A stretch of DNA of 64,000 nucleotides from Eledone cirrhosa (GCA_964016885.1 OZ024746.1:86304001-86368000); one strand, 5' to 3'. Numbered from the stretch's first letter, positions 41,229 through 55,474 are shown. The notes: generated from the letters alone by a model not told the origin. A program made the numbers and translations.

Positions 41229-41994
41229 TCAGGTTATCAATAATGTAGTGATAATATATCGTTACGTTAGAGATGAACAGCGTACGTGCAGGTTTGCTCA
41301 ACGAGTATAAATTATATTCCGGAGAAATGTAGAAAGGATGAATATAAAATGAAAGTGCTTTTGTTAAAAAAGGAATTTATTAGGTATTGACATATGTTTC
41401 TGTAACAGACCGAATACCTATGTATCGCTGCTTGCGTAATCATATAATGTTAGCAAGTATTCGATAGCAAATGTATAATCAGTTGTCACTTCTTCAGAGA
41501 TTTTGGATAAACTGGATAAAATCAGAAAAATTGAAGTATTTATATTAGTAAAAGAGGAAGGAACAGAGGGGATAGAATATGAGAGATGGTAAAATAATTT
41601 ACTGCTAAACAAGTATATAATGGGTTTTTAATGAGAATACCATGAGTAAATCTAAATAAGAATTTTGGGAGTGCCGATTTTAATCTCTACTTGACCAACT
41701 GGACAGTGGACAGGGCTGGTCATTTGGTGCAGTAGTATTAATCATAAAGTGTCAATTGGGGAAGGGGGAGATTTCTTTTACTAATATAAATACTTCAATT
41801 TTTCTGATTTTATCCAGTTTATCCAAAATCTCTGAAGAAGTGACAACTGATTATACATTTGCTATCGAATACTTGCTAACATTATATGATTACGCAAGCA
41901 GCGATACATAGGTATTCGGTCTGTTACAGAAACATATGTCAATACCTAATAAATTCCTTTTTTAACAAAAGCACTTTCATTTTATATTCATCCT

Positions 41995-41999
<5 letters not shown>
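41222..41999. mobile_element. PLE-like pLTR with 226-bp inverted arms
   Basis: 41330-41555 inverted at 41774-41999; aggtatt..GAAAC ATAT GTC^aatacct AATAAA; flanked by (TA)n. Confidence 0.8.
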
Positions 42000-42045
<46 letters not shown>

Positions 42046-42319
42046 TCAAGAAAGAAGAGTGACATGGTTTGCTATACAATAAGGGCTTTTTTTCACATTG
42101 CGAACTCGCAGCATCACTATGGAAACGTCTTGTTGAGTCAAACTGAGCCATACGTTAACACCATCCACTACATGGAGTACTCTAACTGGATTACATCTAA
42201 GTGGACTGCCTATAACGATAACCTGTTATCCCGTATATATATATATATATAAATAAATATATATATTTTTTTAAAAATAAGACTTCAGTTGCATTTTCGA
42301 TTTCATCTTTTTTTCTTTT

Positions 42320-42393
<74 letters not shown>

Positions 42394-43682
42394 TATATGT
42401 GTGTGTATGTATGTGCATATGTGTGTATATATATATAAACCTTCTCACACATATGTATATACCTTATATTATATATACATATACTAACTATGTAAAAACT
42501 ATTTAGTTATAATAAACTAATTAAAAAATGTTTTTAACCCCCTCCACACAAGTTTAAAAGATAACAATTATATAATCAATAATATTTTATATTTTATATA
42601 CTCTATAAAGATTGATTTATAACACTACCACAATATTAAAACAACCCTTAATTTATCAACAACCTTAATTACCTACCTTTGTTATTAACCCCCTTTACAA
42701 CTTCCAGTGTAAACTTATAAAATTAAACAACATAACGGTTCACCAACAGCTTAATAACGGTTAATACAAACCCTAGAAAAGATAATTTGTAGATAAATAA
42801 TGCATAAAATAATATACCTAAAATAACAACATGGCCAGTAATTCGGCGGAATTTACATTTAACAAACAAACACCTATTGACTATAAACGACTTAAAATAA
42901 TCCCATGGTTAATAGCTGTGAGTAACAAACAACATACGAACTACAACAAACAACATACGAACAAACAACATACGAACTACAACACAAAAACACTTAAATG
43001 AAAATCACATACCCAACTCTATCATATGCTTTGCATTATACCTTACATAACAAATACCTACATTATCACTAACAAATTTCACACTCTCTTAAACATTTAT
43101 AACAATAACATGCTTTAACACCCCACACACAATATGTTTATTTCAACTACATTATAACTCTTTCCTCATACATGCCTTATTGACTGTATTGACTCCTGCA
43201 TTGTACACCAATTTTTCTTGCTTATAACTATTTTTGCCTGTTTTTTTAGCTTGTAATTTTTTTAGCTTGTGAATTTTTTGCTTGTGCTTTTTACTTATAC
43301 CTATTACACTCCCACCAGTGCTGCCTGTAATTGTGTTCTTTCAGGCAGAACATCTGTTTAACTCCTGACTCTCCACATGATGCCTTTGACACTAATAACA
43401 ATTATGTACCCTAAATGTTCTAAATGACTGGGATTTTAGTTACATGTTTCGACATTTCTTATGCTCCGATGATTCCAGACTTCCCTCTGGAAGAAACAAT
43501 TGACAGCTAATAAAACGATCAAACTAAAATTTGATCGTTTTAACACTTTGTATCTCGGCTCTTCTGTAAAACACTTGAAAATTTGCATTGAGCCTTTTGT
43601 CATACCAGTAACCGGCTAGTACTTACTACTACCCTACATATTTATAGTTATATCAAACATATATAAATATAAATATTCTTAT

Positions 43683-43745
<63 letters not shown>

Positions 43746-44189
43746 TATATATTTTTAGATGTTGCCATCTCTTCGAAAATTGTTGATGCTGGCTTTTTGT
43801 GTAAACGCACATGGTGTTTTATTGTGGTTGATAATTGTTTCTAATTCTGGCACATGATGGCATGGTAGATTCTTGATAGCCTGCAGTCATAATTAGGTTT
43901 CAAATTGCAGTTAAATGATTTTTACGTCACTAACTCTCTGGGAACTGACATGCACATTAAAAATTTCTTACAAATATATTTTTAATACGCAATTACAAAT
44001 GTTATAACGCGCTACAAGCTAGATGCTGAGTAGTAAACTAAATGCGCCATACTCAGAGTCCTAAATATTTGTTGGGTGATTTATAGCTGCTTCTTAGATA
44101 CCCATCCCAGACAGTGTTGTTTAGAGAGTTAAGCATCCATTTAAACAATAGTGTTTAAGGTACGAAGCAAACATTCATTCTTAATAATT

Positions 44190-44302
44190 ATTTCTACTTT
44201 TGGCACAAGGCCATCAATTACTCCAGTGCATTACTAGTATTTTATCTTATCGACCTCGTAAGGATGAAAGGCAAAATTAACCTCGGCGGGATTTGAACTC
44301 AG
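44190..44302 (-). mobile_element. SINE A partial
   Basis: 3' two-thirds of family A. Confidence 0.8.
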
Positions 44303-44888
44303 AAGAACGTTAAAACTTGATCGTCGCTGGATTACGCAGAATGTCAGAACGAAATCCGTATGGCATTCAATCCAACGGTCACAAGACTCTATTTAATTAT
44401 TTATTTGTTTATTTATTTATTTATTTATTTGTTTATTTATTTATTTATTTTATTTTATTTTTTTTAATTCATCTATTCCACCTTTATTTTCTCCTTTATA
44501 TATATATATATTTTTTTCTTTAGTTATTTATCATTTTATTTTGTGAAACGTTTCACTGTTTCTGTTTATTGTTTTGTTTGTTGTGGTTTTTCTGATGTCG
44601 TCTGCTTCGTCTTCCAGTTCATCTCTTCATTTTGTGCATCTAACGTGAAATAAATCTATCGAGCTATCAGTAGACAGAGAAAAAATCTGCTAGGTTCTTA
44701 CATTAAAGGCATCAATCAAGGGAAATGCATGAGAAATCTATATGTGCGTGCGTGTGTGTGTGTGTCTTTGTGAGTGTATGTGCGTGAGTGTGAGTGTATG
44801 CATGTGTGTGTGGGTGTGTGTGCGTGTGCGTGTGTGTGTACATATAGATCTATACACACATACATATATATATATATATGTATATATG

Positions 44889-44949
<61 letters not shown>

Positions 44950-44954
44950 GTATA

Positions 44955-45005
<51 letters not shown>

Positions 45006-45012
45006 GTATATA

Positions 45013-45057
<45 letters not shown>

Positions 45058-45058
45058 G

Positions 45059-45096
<38 letters not shown>

Positions 45097-45558
45097 CATA
45101 TATATATACATATACACACATACACACACATATATATATACACACACACACACACACATGTATATATATATATATATGCATATCCATACATACTCACATA
45201 CATATGTGTATGTATATAAAGTATTTTGTATGCTTGTAGCTGTGGCTGTGTTTGTCCATTTAATTAATCATCAAAAACACAAAGAGAAGAAATAATGACT
45301 AGTGATAAATGTGTGAGACTGCTGGAGAAAAGAGAAACTAGAAGTAAAATGAAGAGAAGAAAAAGGTTATTTTTTTCCCCCGTTATTGCTTCTCAATTTC
45401 TCATTCTGTTTTCTGATGAAGGAGCAACGTCAGAAACGTTATAATTATTTTCCTACTAAATCAAGCGTAAAACTAATTTATTTTTTCATTTTATCGTATC
45501 GTTTGCTTTGTTATTTCTGTTTACTTTTTGCATACATACATTTATACATACATACATA

Positions 45559-45785
45559 CATGGTGGCTACCAACTCGTTTTCGAGTACGGCCACTACTTT
45601 ATATCCATGTAGGAGAACCTTTACCGATGCGCTGAACGAGTGTGACTTTTTAGTCCAGCCAACGACTTGAAAACTCTGGTACAAACACTACACTTGTGAC
45701 AATTATTGACACATAGTGCTGGACCCATGGTACCATGTGACGACAAGTGCAGAGAGATCTCCAGATATAAAGCAATGCCTGTGCC
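45559..45785 (-). mobile_element. RTE-derived element 3' end
   Basis: Near-identical to 47146-47368; flanked by (CATA)n. Confidence 0.75.
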
Positions 45786-45813
45786 TACATATATACATAC
45801 ATATATACATACA

Positions 45814-46140
45814 TGATGATGATGATGGCTGCCCTCTCGTTATCGAGTATGGCCATTGCACGATATACCATTATTACTAATTATTAATCAATTCTATCAT
45901 GCAATGCCTGTGCGTGAAGATATTTTTTAAAGTGAGGAAAGACTGTGCACTGAGCCAATCCCACTATCTGAGTGACAGTAGCTATAACACGAAAATAAGA
46001 ACAGATCAATATCATCAGTAACTACTGAGCCGCAGGTTTTATATCGGAGTTATCCCAGTTTCCTGAGTTGCCTTCTCCTAGAAGAATGCCCTGACAAAGG
46101 CTAGGGGTCCTTCACTCCCAGTGGTTTAACCGCGCAGTAC
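45814..46140 (-). mobile_element. RTE-derived non-autonomous element
   Basis: ctaggagaaggcaactc RTE 5' motif; (CAT)n tail. Confidence 0.6.
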
Positions 46141-46179
46141 ATGTGTATATACATACATACATACAAACATACATACATA

Positions 46180-47095
46180 CGCGTAACTAGGGAATACTAC
46201 ACCCGATTAAGAAAGATTTGGTCATCGGAACTCTCTGGGCAGAACAAAACAGTGGCTCACAATGCGTTTGCTGTGCCTGTCCTAACACCAACGTTTGGAA
46301 TACTCAATTGGACGTTAGACGAAATCCGAGTAGTTGATGTTAGAACTCGAAAAATACTAAACAACATCGGAAACTTCCACATCAACAGTGACATAGACCG
46401 CCTTTACTTGAAACGTAAGCAGGGAGGCAGAGGCCTAACATCAGTCCAGACAGCATTTGAATGTCGCATCATATCCCTCCGACATCTACGAACCTCGAAG
46501 CGTAGGAGCACGTCTTTCGAGCATGTTTATCTGCATGAAACAGATAAGATCATGAGAGCTGGGAAGGAACTCCTCAAGAGATATTCCCTGTGTAATAATC
46601 AAAAACTCACACCCAGAGAAGTCGCTCAGCAGTATCGCAGTGAATCCATGGATTCAGCAAAAATTCCTGCATGGATTTGTTGCCAGGGAGCTCCAGAGTG
46701 AGAGTAATATAGATAAGGTAACTGCTTCAATACAAATCTTGAGAAGCTGGGATTCACAGGAACAGAAGGAACAAAACTAGTTAGGAAATTACAAGTACAA
46801 CCCATTAATGGAACAGTAAAAATATGTAAAACATTCCAAACATTTTGCATCTAATAACTGCATATACACATGTACAGATACAAAGCATATACACATGCAC
46901 ACATACAACTCAAAACATCCACATCCACACATACAATAACCTGCATATCTACTCATGCATGCATGCAGACATACATACATATCTACCTAGTTGATGTTGT
47001 GTAAATTCCAATGAGAGTCTTGTGTCTATGTTAGAAACCGACTCTCTCTCTACTGGTAAAAAAATATTTGTGAAATTATAAAACCAGAAGAACAT
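46180..47095 (+). mobile_element. R4/Dong-like LINE fragment (RT C-terminus and RLE end, internally deleted)
   Basis: EYYTRLRKIWSSELSGQNK..NAFAVPVLTPTFGILNW..SDIDRLYLKRKQGGRGL; later LQVQPINGTVKICKTF; (CATA)n on both sides. Confidence 0.8.
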
Positions 47096-47145
47096 ACATA
47101 CATACATACATACATACATACATACATACATACATACATACATAC

Positions 47146-47758
47146 ATGGTGGCTGCCAACTCGTTTTCGAGTACGGCCACTACTTTATATCCATGTAGGA
47201 GAACCCCTACTGATGCGCTGAACGAGTGTGACTTTTTAGTCCAGCCAGCGACTTGAAAGCTCTGGTACAAACACTACACTTGTGACAATTATTGACACAG
47301 TGCTGGGCCCATGGTACCATGTGACGACAAGTGCAGAGAGATCTCCAGATATAAAGCAATGCCTGTGCCGTGAAGCTTTTATAGTGAGCAAAGGCACTGC
47401 ACAAAGCCAGTCCCACTCTCTTAACCAAGATGATATTTACCAAAAAGAAGAACAAGTCAACATCATTGGATACCATCAGGGTTGCAGGTGTTATATCAGA
47501 GTTTTCCTTCTCCTAGAATTCTGCCTTGACAAAGGCTAAGGGGTCATCTCTCCCGGTGATTTTGGATGGCCATTGACTCTTAAGAGCTCCTTTGCCTTTT
47601 GACAGGTTTTGTTTTTAGTCCTGCAGGATGTCCAAAGTCACCCTCCTCACCAAGAAACCTTGGTGGGGTTGCCAGTTTAGTCGCCAACGACCCGACCATG
47701 GGACAGGTTGTACTGGAATACATGTTACCAGTAGCACCAACTGGTGACCTGACATAGC
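47146..47758 (-). mobile_element. bipartite RTE-derived non-autonomous retroposon
   Basis: RTE 5' motif ctaggagaaggaaaactctga; 3' C2H2-like HKCSVCTRAFKSLAGLKSHTRSAH; (ATGT)n on both sides. Confidence 0.7.
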
Positions 47759-47763
47759 ATACA

Positions 47764-47794
<31 letters not shown>

Positions 47795-48028
47795 TAGCTT
47801 TGTGTGTTGATTAACATGTGAGCGAAATGGATGAAGCAATAAAAGGTACAGTTAATGACAGAGCTATTGTGATCGCAGTTTATTCGATACTGTCTCTGAA
47901 ACCATTCAAATATGTTACACACTACACACACATAAACACACAGACACACACACACATACGCACACACACACACATACGCACACATACTCAAACTCACACA
48001 CACACACAGATATATATATATGTGTGTT

Positions 48029-48059
<31 letters not shown>

Positions 48060-48060
48060 G

Positions 48061-48134
<74 letters not shown>

Positions 48135-48169
48135 ATATAAGATCAAAAGATGGTTAAAGGAGTTCAATA

Positions 48170-48240
48170 TATTTTATTATGCGCATTTCAAAAGCAAACA
48201 TCATCAAATAATAATATTTGTGTTTTCATCAGATAAAACA
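48170..48240 (-). ncRNA. type-I hammerhead ribozyme motif (solo copy of the 35864 family)
   Basis: tgttttat CTGATGA aaacacaaatattatt..gatgatgtttgctttt GAAAT GCGC ATA^ataaaata; inside insert ~48134-48342 between (TA)n tracts. Confidence 0.8.
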
Positions 48241-48340
48241 GGAGAACATGATATGAAGGCTAAAAAAACACTTGTTGATAGTGCAGTTTTAAATCAACAT
48301 ATCTGCATTGCTTTATTGTACTACAATAAAACTCACCTCC

Positions 48341-48391
<51 letters not shown>

Positions 48392-48671
48392 ATTCGAAAG
48401 TAAGGTTTTTAAATATATCCCACAAGAATAAAAAAAATATAGGAAAAATAAGTTGAAATTACAATTGGAGTCTTAAAGAACGTTTATTTACAATAATTCA
48501 TAACTTCACATGATTTTCAAAAGTTAAGAGACATGGAGAGACGTGAGGCTTTGCTAACTTGTAACAATGCATTTAACTGATGTTGGGAATTTGTTTCAGT
48601 TTCATGCAAAATATATGGCTGAGATTGCTATACGTTTGAAGTACAATTTGACAGATTTGGGGGATTTATTT

Positions 48672-48845
48672 TAGGTTCTTAACTAGTTCATTGTTCTACG
48701 ATCGCTTCAGAGGATTGATTGATCATGGTAGATCGATATATTGACTAATAGGTAGTAATTATGTCACCACCTATTTCTAGTATCGATATCCTAGAATCAA
48801 CACTCTGAAACGACCATAAATCAATAAACCAATTAAGAACCTATA
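48672..48845. repeat. old diverged palindrome
   Basis: taggttcttaa..ttcagag..tcgata..aataggt / acctatt..tatcga..ctctgaa..ttaagaaccta. Confidence 0.7.
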
Positions 48846-48896
48846 TTCGACTTTTGTTTTATTTTCATTGTTGAATATACACACACATATATACAT

Positions 48897-49001
48897 ACTA
48901 GCTGAGTTACTCAGCTTCGCCCGGGAGAACAGTTAAGAGAAGACGGATAAAAGAGAAAATGACTGTATTGGATGTGTTGTCGGGTATGAGGTGAGATCGT
49001 A

Positions 49002-49072
<71 letters not shown>

Positions 49073-49552
49073 TGTGTGAGAGAGAGATATTAAAAAAATC
49101 AATCATAAAACTTTCTTATCAGGCTGGGGGAGTAAACTGTTGATTAAATAGTAGCATTGGCCTTCATTTTAAATGATGTGAAATAACCATAGTATGATCT
49201 TCTTCAGCTCGAAAGGGCATCTGAAACGCAGCAATATACCATATAACATTGCTTCTGAAGTGTTGCTTCGTTAGTACGGTCTGTAAGTAGTATATGGATA
49301 AAAGCTGGAGGGTAGATTAATTTTAAATACTATCAATTTTTCTTTGTTCTGTAAAATCAAAGACTGCAAAACGACGCAATATTGTTAAATCTTCAACTGA
49401 TACTTTTGAGGGACATCACTCTCTCTCTCTCTCTGAATACCTAACACTTTAATTGTATCTCTCTCTATATAACGGCCCATCTCTCTCTTTCTGCCTCTCC
49501 TTCTGCCTCTCTCTCTCTATGTGTGTGTATGTATATGTGTGTGTATGTATTT

Positions 49553-49598
<46 letters not shown>

Positions 49599-49681
49599 TT
49601 TTCGTGTGATTCAACCAACCAGCCAACCAGCCAGCCAGCCAACCAACCAATAAACATCTTTCTTTTATATTATATATAGAT
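48897..49681 (+). mobile_element. Helitron/HINE-like element
   Basis: actagc..gcttcgcccggg start; (AACC/AGCC)n then cttttatattatatatagat end. Confidence 0.65.
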
Positions 49682-50002
49682 GACTCTGTAGCTCGATTAG
49701 AATCTTTAATGGAACCTTATACCATGGAAGCCTACTACAAAAACTAGCTGTCATCGCATGATACTGGTTGGAATCATGTCTTCAAGACTGCATGGAGGAG
49801 AACATTGACGTGATTAAGCATTGAAGTTTGTGGTAATTTCGCCGACAAAATCAGGAGTGCCATGGTTCTTTCAGTTTCCAGCAGAAAAGTGGTTCAAATT
49901 GTTATCTATTTAAAGTATAGTTTGATAGACAGAGAATTATTACTTGATTAGGCACAGAATTTGGTGATCCGGTAAAATTATAAATTATTATAAATAAACC
50001 TT

Positions 50003-50102
<100 letters not shown>

Positions 50103-50148
50103 ATATATAATAATAATAATAAACTTTAATCTGTTATTTTAATAAATA

Positions 50149-50201
<53 letters not shown>

Positions 50202-50304
50202 TTATTTATTTATCTAAAAAGAAAGTTATATATATATATATATACATATATACACACATATATATATAATAAAAATATACATATATACATATATATATAA
50301 TAAA

Positions 50305-51285
50305 AATATTTTTGAGGATAAGGCTGAATATTATAATGAAGCTTTAAATAGAGCAGGGTATACAAATAAAATTAAATACATTGACAACAATAATAAGGCA
50401 AATCACCCTACTATTAATTGTAATAATAATAAACAATTTAACTTAAACTCTAAAACTAACAAAGGAACTAGAAATATTATTTGGTATTGACCCCCATTCT
50501 CATTAAGCATTAAAACGCCTTTAGCAAAGCTATTCTTTAAAGCACTAGACAAATGTTTTCCTAAAGCCCACAGATACCACTCAATCTTTAACAGACATAC
50601 CATAAAACTATCCTACTCTACTACTATGAACATAGCACAAAATATAAATAGAATTAATAATAGAAACCTAAATTTAAATCCTAACCAAAATAACCAAAAT
50701 AGCAATAATAATATTTCTAGCAATATCCAACATAATAGTACCGTTCCGAGCAAAAACTCCGCAAAATATAACTGTAGAATTAAATCAAACTGTCCTTTAC
50801 AAAATAAATGTTTAGATATAAACGTGGTCTACAAATGCACAGTTAAAACTAGTGAAAATATATTTAACTATATCGGTGCCACTTCTACAGAATTTAAACT
50901 TCGCTGGAATAACCACAATTGTTCTTTCAGAAGATTTGATAACAAATCTTCAACTCTCTTTCAAACCTGATATGGAACTTAAAATACAAGAATATAGACT
51001 ATTCATTATCTTGGAAATCAGTTTCGAAAGCACCCGCGTACCGGAACACGGCTTTATCTAGATTATGTAAATTGTGTATTGAAGAAATTTTTTTATAATT
51101 AACTATAAAAACTCTATTCATCTCAGAACGAATTTATCTAATTCTTGTAGACATCGCCAGAATTCAACATTCAGAACTATATATAACTTATAATTATACT
51201 TATAATATTCCTATTAATCTGCATAACAATCTCATCTACTTTATTCTTAATATATTGATATCTCTAAATCATATTTCCCCCATAT
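50305..51285 (+). mobile_element. Penelope-like element (Hydra-type) fragment
   Basis: YYNEALNRAGY..RNIIWY*PPFS..IFNRHTIKLSYS..NCRIKSNCPLQNKC..VVYKCTV..YIGATSTEFKLRWNNH. Confidence 0.9.
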
Positions 51286-51396
51286 GGATGAAAGGCAAAG
51301 TTAACCTTGGCGGGATTTGAACTCAGTCAATAAAAGGCCGTAACTCTTTGTTGCAAAGCTGGCGTCCGACCCTCTACTGATACTGCCAATCCACCA
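51286..51396 (-). mobile_element. SINE A 5' half
   Basis: ggatgaaaggcaaagttaacc..tgccaatccacc. Confidence 0.8.
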
Positions 51397-51399
51397 ATG

Positions 51400-51845
51400 T
51401 GCCAGTTTCACCATTCGATAATCAGAAGAAGGCACGGAGGTGTAAGAGCCAAACTCGTTATCTTCAAACCGGTATTCGTGCCGACCCTTATCTATGGTCA
51501 TGAATCTTGGGTAGTGATCAAAGGATCTTTGGGGTAACTTTACTCGGATATCAAAGTAGATTCTTCTCCAAATTGAGAGACCACAGATGCGATACTATGG
51601 GTATGTGGTTAGAATGTCTCAGGAAAGAATCGCTGGACAGATTTTACGGGCACAACCTGCAAGACAGAGACCCAGGGGTAGACCGCAAGCAAGATGGTTG
51701 GATAACATCCATGGGCTTGACTGGTCTCACTGGGGGATCCAGCCGGATAAATTGGAGACGGTTGCTTCTGAGAGGACACGTGGCAGGCACGCTTTATAAC
51801 TCAGTCGCCACGAGCCTCCCAGGAATAAGTGGGCGAAGAAGAAGA
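51400..51845 (+). mobile_element. RTE/Rex3-like LINE 3' fragment
   Basis: AKLVIFKPVFVPTLIYGHESW..RYYGYVVRM..RPRGRPQARWLDNI; (GAA) tail. Confidence 0.8.
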
Positions 51846-52038
51846 TAGATAGATAGAGAGAGAGGGGGAGAGGGGGAGAGGGGGAAGGAGAGAGAAAGAG
51901 AGAAACAGAGAGAGAGAAATATCTCAGTATTTATCGCAAATTTTATGACTCCAATCTGTAACATACAAAGTGTACGTATCCATATTCACGAATGTGTGTG
52001 TGTGCGTTTGTTTGTTTGTGTGTGTATGTGTGTGTGTA

Positions 52039-52140
<102 letters not shown>

Positions 52141-52225
52141 TGTGTGTGAACATTGCGTTTTAAAGAAGAAACATTCCCGGGCTGCTTCATCATTTTATGG
52201 CCTATATCCAAGATATCAAGGTAAC

Positions 52226-52268
<43 letters not shown>

Positions 52269-52279
52269 ATCACACACAC

Positions 52280-52333
<54 letters not shown>

Positions 52334-52563
52334 ACTCACACACATACACACACACACGAACCCCCGCATGCACATACACATGCAGACATGCATAAATGCA
52401 CGCATACACACACACATACATTGTAGACGTAATACAGAATATTGGGTCGTTGACTTGATCCTTTGCAGAATCCACTCTGATGCAAGTGTCCTTATTAGGG
52501 GTCAGATTTGTGAATACTTTCTTTCACCTTGCCTCCCACCAGTCAGTCATGATGAGTAATAGC

Positions 52564-52733
52564 CAGTGCTGGATTTACCATTTTATTTAGGTGTGCTTAA
52601 ACACATGTCTCCGTTGGCCAGGAAGGGTGGGCCCATCTTCATGCCAAAAAATGTTTTTACCTTCTTCAGGGCCCAAGTAAGGTGCCTCATAGGTTAGCTA
52701 GTACAGGGCCCCATTTGTCCTAAATCCGGCATA
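52564..52733. mobile_element. hAT-like MITE
   Basis: cagtgctggattta ... taaatccggcat; related end at ~12860-12905. Confidence 0.55.
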
Positions 52734-53114
52734 GGTAATAGTCTTTTGACAAAGCTATAAAAAAAATATACATACAGAGTGTATACTCACTTTAACATAC
52801 AAAATATATACTCACTTTAACATACAAAATATATACTCACTTTAACAGCATTTTGGCGTGACACTCTGTATACACGGTGGCTGTTCGTTCGTGACCAAAG
52901 AAGATCATCTACTAACATTTAAAAGAGGCATTTTCTGTGTAGTAGCTCATTAAGCCTGCCAGACTGCTGCAAGTGTTTTTGGCACATCTGATAATGGTGC
53001 ATATATGCTCATTGGTATGCGCAGCAGTATGTTCTGCTGTATAATAACTGTTATTTCACCCACTAATATATTATAGATTTATGTATACATACTTATACGT
53101 AGACATATATGTGT

Positions 53115-53157
<43 letters not shown>

Positions 53158-53165
53158 CATACACA

Positions 53166-53345
<180 letters not shown>

Positions 53346-53352
53346 TATATGT

Positions 53353-53400
<48 letters not shown>

Positions 53401-53402
<2 letters not shown>

Positions 53403-53566
53403 GAGAAAGTATGACCCCGACGGCAGAGCTCAAGCCGTTTCGTCGAAACGGCTTAAGTTCTGCCGTCGGGGTCATACTTTCTTCTATTACCCACTCTACT
53501 ACCCTAAGTATTGAGTACTCTGGTGCGTTATGGTCCATCTGGTTCCTTACCACAACTCCTCCGTTA
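53401..53566 (+). mobile_element. family H1 PLE end with fold-back
   Basis: Palindrome 53401-53483 centred on ttcg-t-cgaa; remainder matches 21100-21228; in (TA)n. Confidence 0.85.
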
Positions 53567-54169
53567 TATATATATATATAGAGAGAGAGAGAGGGGGGGG
53601 GGAGAATAAGTCAAAGCAGATGTTGCTGCTATGCTGCACTCGTAATTTTTGTCTCCTGCTCAGGGTTGTTTATATAAATCACGTGATGCTCCAATGTAAC
53701 ACTTATGAATGTTATCGTGTGCTGAGGTTACGGCGAAATTCATTCACGTGCTTTCTATATCGCGATGCCACTCTCATTGAAGTTTCTTTTCTCTTTCTTC
53801 TCCCACTTTTTTCTTACACTCTATCTACTCTTTCCTTTTCTTCATACACCAATAGAATTTCTTATACGAAAAACAATGGGAAAGCTATTAACAAACGTGC
53901 AAAGTATATATGTATTTCTTCCCAAGAAATGGCGTACAGCAATCCCACATCTTACGCGTACAACACGTCTTACGCAGTTTTAAATAGCGTTATTTTGAAT
54001 ATGCGCAGTTGGAAAATATTTAAAACAAATTTTTCTTTTTAACTCACTCACTAGCAGAAAAACCGCCCCTGGGCGGTTTTCTGCTAGCATGTGTAGCGTG
54101 CGTATTGGTATTATACGCAAATGTAAATTGTAAAGTAAATTGACAATACCTTCTTAACCTACTTATTTC

Positions 54170-54800
54170 TGAGAAGGTCGTGGGAGCAGAGTCCTCCTCA
54201 AACACTCCTTCCAGCGAGTCTGTCAGAAGCAAACATCTCTGACTGCTCCAGCTGGATCCCAAAGCGTGACCAGCCGAGCTCATGGATGTTATCCAGCAAT
54301 CTTGCTCAGGGTCTACCTCTGGGTTTCTTGCTGGTTGGTTTTGCCTGTAAAATCTATCCTACGACTCTTTCCTGAGACATTCTAACCACATGCCCATATT
54401 ATCGGAGTTGTGATCTCTCAATCTGGAGAAGTAGCGGCTCTACCAGGAGTGACTCTCTGATCTCTGAGCTATGCCCTTTATCGAGTAACGTTACTCCAAA
54501 GACCCTTCAGAGGAACCCCATTTCTGCTGTTTGTATTTGCAATTGCATTCTTTCGGTTATTACCCAATATTTATCATCCTTGGTAAGGGTTGGCAGAAAT
54601 ACCAGGAAGACAGCTGGTTTGGCTTTTACACCTACCTCCCTTCTTCTGAATGCTGAAGCTGGCGCATTACTGCATCAGCTTTTGCAATTCTTGCACTTAA
54701 TTCAGCTTCCTGCCTTCCATGAACACGGCGCTGGGATACTTGAACTTCCCCAGCTGCTTCAGTGGAACTCCATTCACATGTATATAAATTTGAGCGACTT
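54170..54800 (-). mobile_element. RTE/Rex3-like LINE fragment
   Basis: IHVNGVPLKQLGKFKY; reverse-complement similarity to 51400-51845. Confidence 0.7.
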
Positions 54801-54903
54801 CTATCCATCCTCCGTCACAAAATGTGTGTGTGTTTGTGTGAATGTATGTATGTGTAAAAGGAAGAAAGGGGATACACACATATATGTCTAACTTAAAAAC
54901 GCT

Positions 54904-54957
<54 letters not shown>

Positions 54958-55019
54958 ACACACACACGTCTCTAATTTAAGAATGCCGACAAACTCACGC
55001 GCGCGCACATACACACACT

Positions 55020-55474
55020 GTCCTATTACTACTGAAGAGCTTTGGCCCGGCCAAACATCCTCTCAATTTTGAAACTGTCTGCTTGTCCAGAATTGATAGG
55101 AAAAGACCTGACGGTCTTACCCTGTGCTCCTGGTCAACAGGCAGATGCCTTGTCTGGGACATCACAGTGACTCTTTTGCTTCTTTCCACATCCTTGATGC
55201 AGCGGTCAGGGCGAGAGCCACAGCATCCGAAGCTGAACAGAACAAAATTCTAAAATACCGTGATCTGTTGGCTAACTACATTTTCCAGCTTGTGGCGTTC
55301 GAGACGTTTGGAGAAGTCGGGCTACTGACTGCGAGATTCTTATCTTCACTGGCGGCTCGCCTAACAAAGGTAAATGGTGAAGCTCGTGAGGCCGCTTGGT
55401 TGTTCCAGTACCTCAGCCTCGCCTTTACCCGAGGTAACGCGGCGAGTGTGCTGGCTTGCCTAAAAAATTATTAG
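55020..55474 (+). mobile_element. CRE-like RLE C-terminal fragment
   Basis: RKRPDGLTL..W..CLVWD; AEQNKILKY..FQLVAFETFGEVG..AWLFQYLSLAFTRGNAASVL*. Confidence 0.85.

Noticed and set aside
45413-45452. CTGATGA..GAAACGTT hammerhead-like motif
   Set aside because: Helices I and II do not pair convincingly; at best a decayed remnant.
47660-47758. HDV-like or twister ribozyme at the RTE-derived 5' end (minus)
   Set aside because: Hairpins are present (gtcg-ttgg-cgac), but I could not map a consistent nested double pseudoknot or twister core by eye.
55032-55062. CTGAAGA..CAAAC motif
   Set aside because: Lies inside CRE coding remnant and lacks GAAA and helix I; probably chance.
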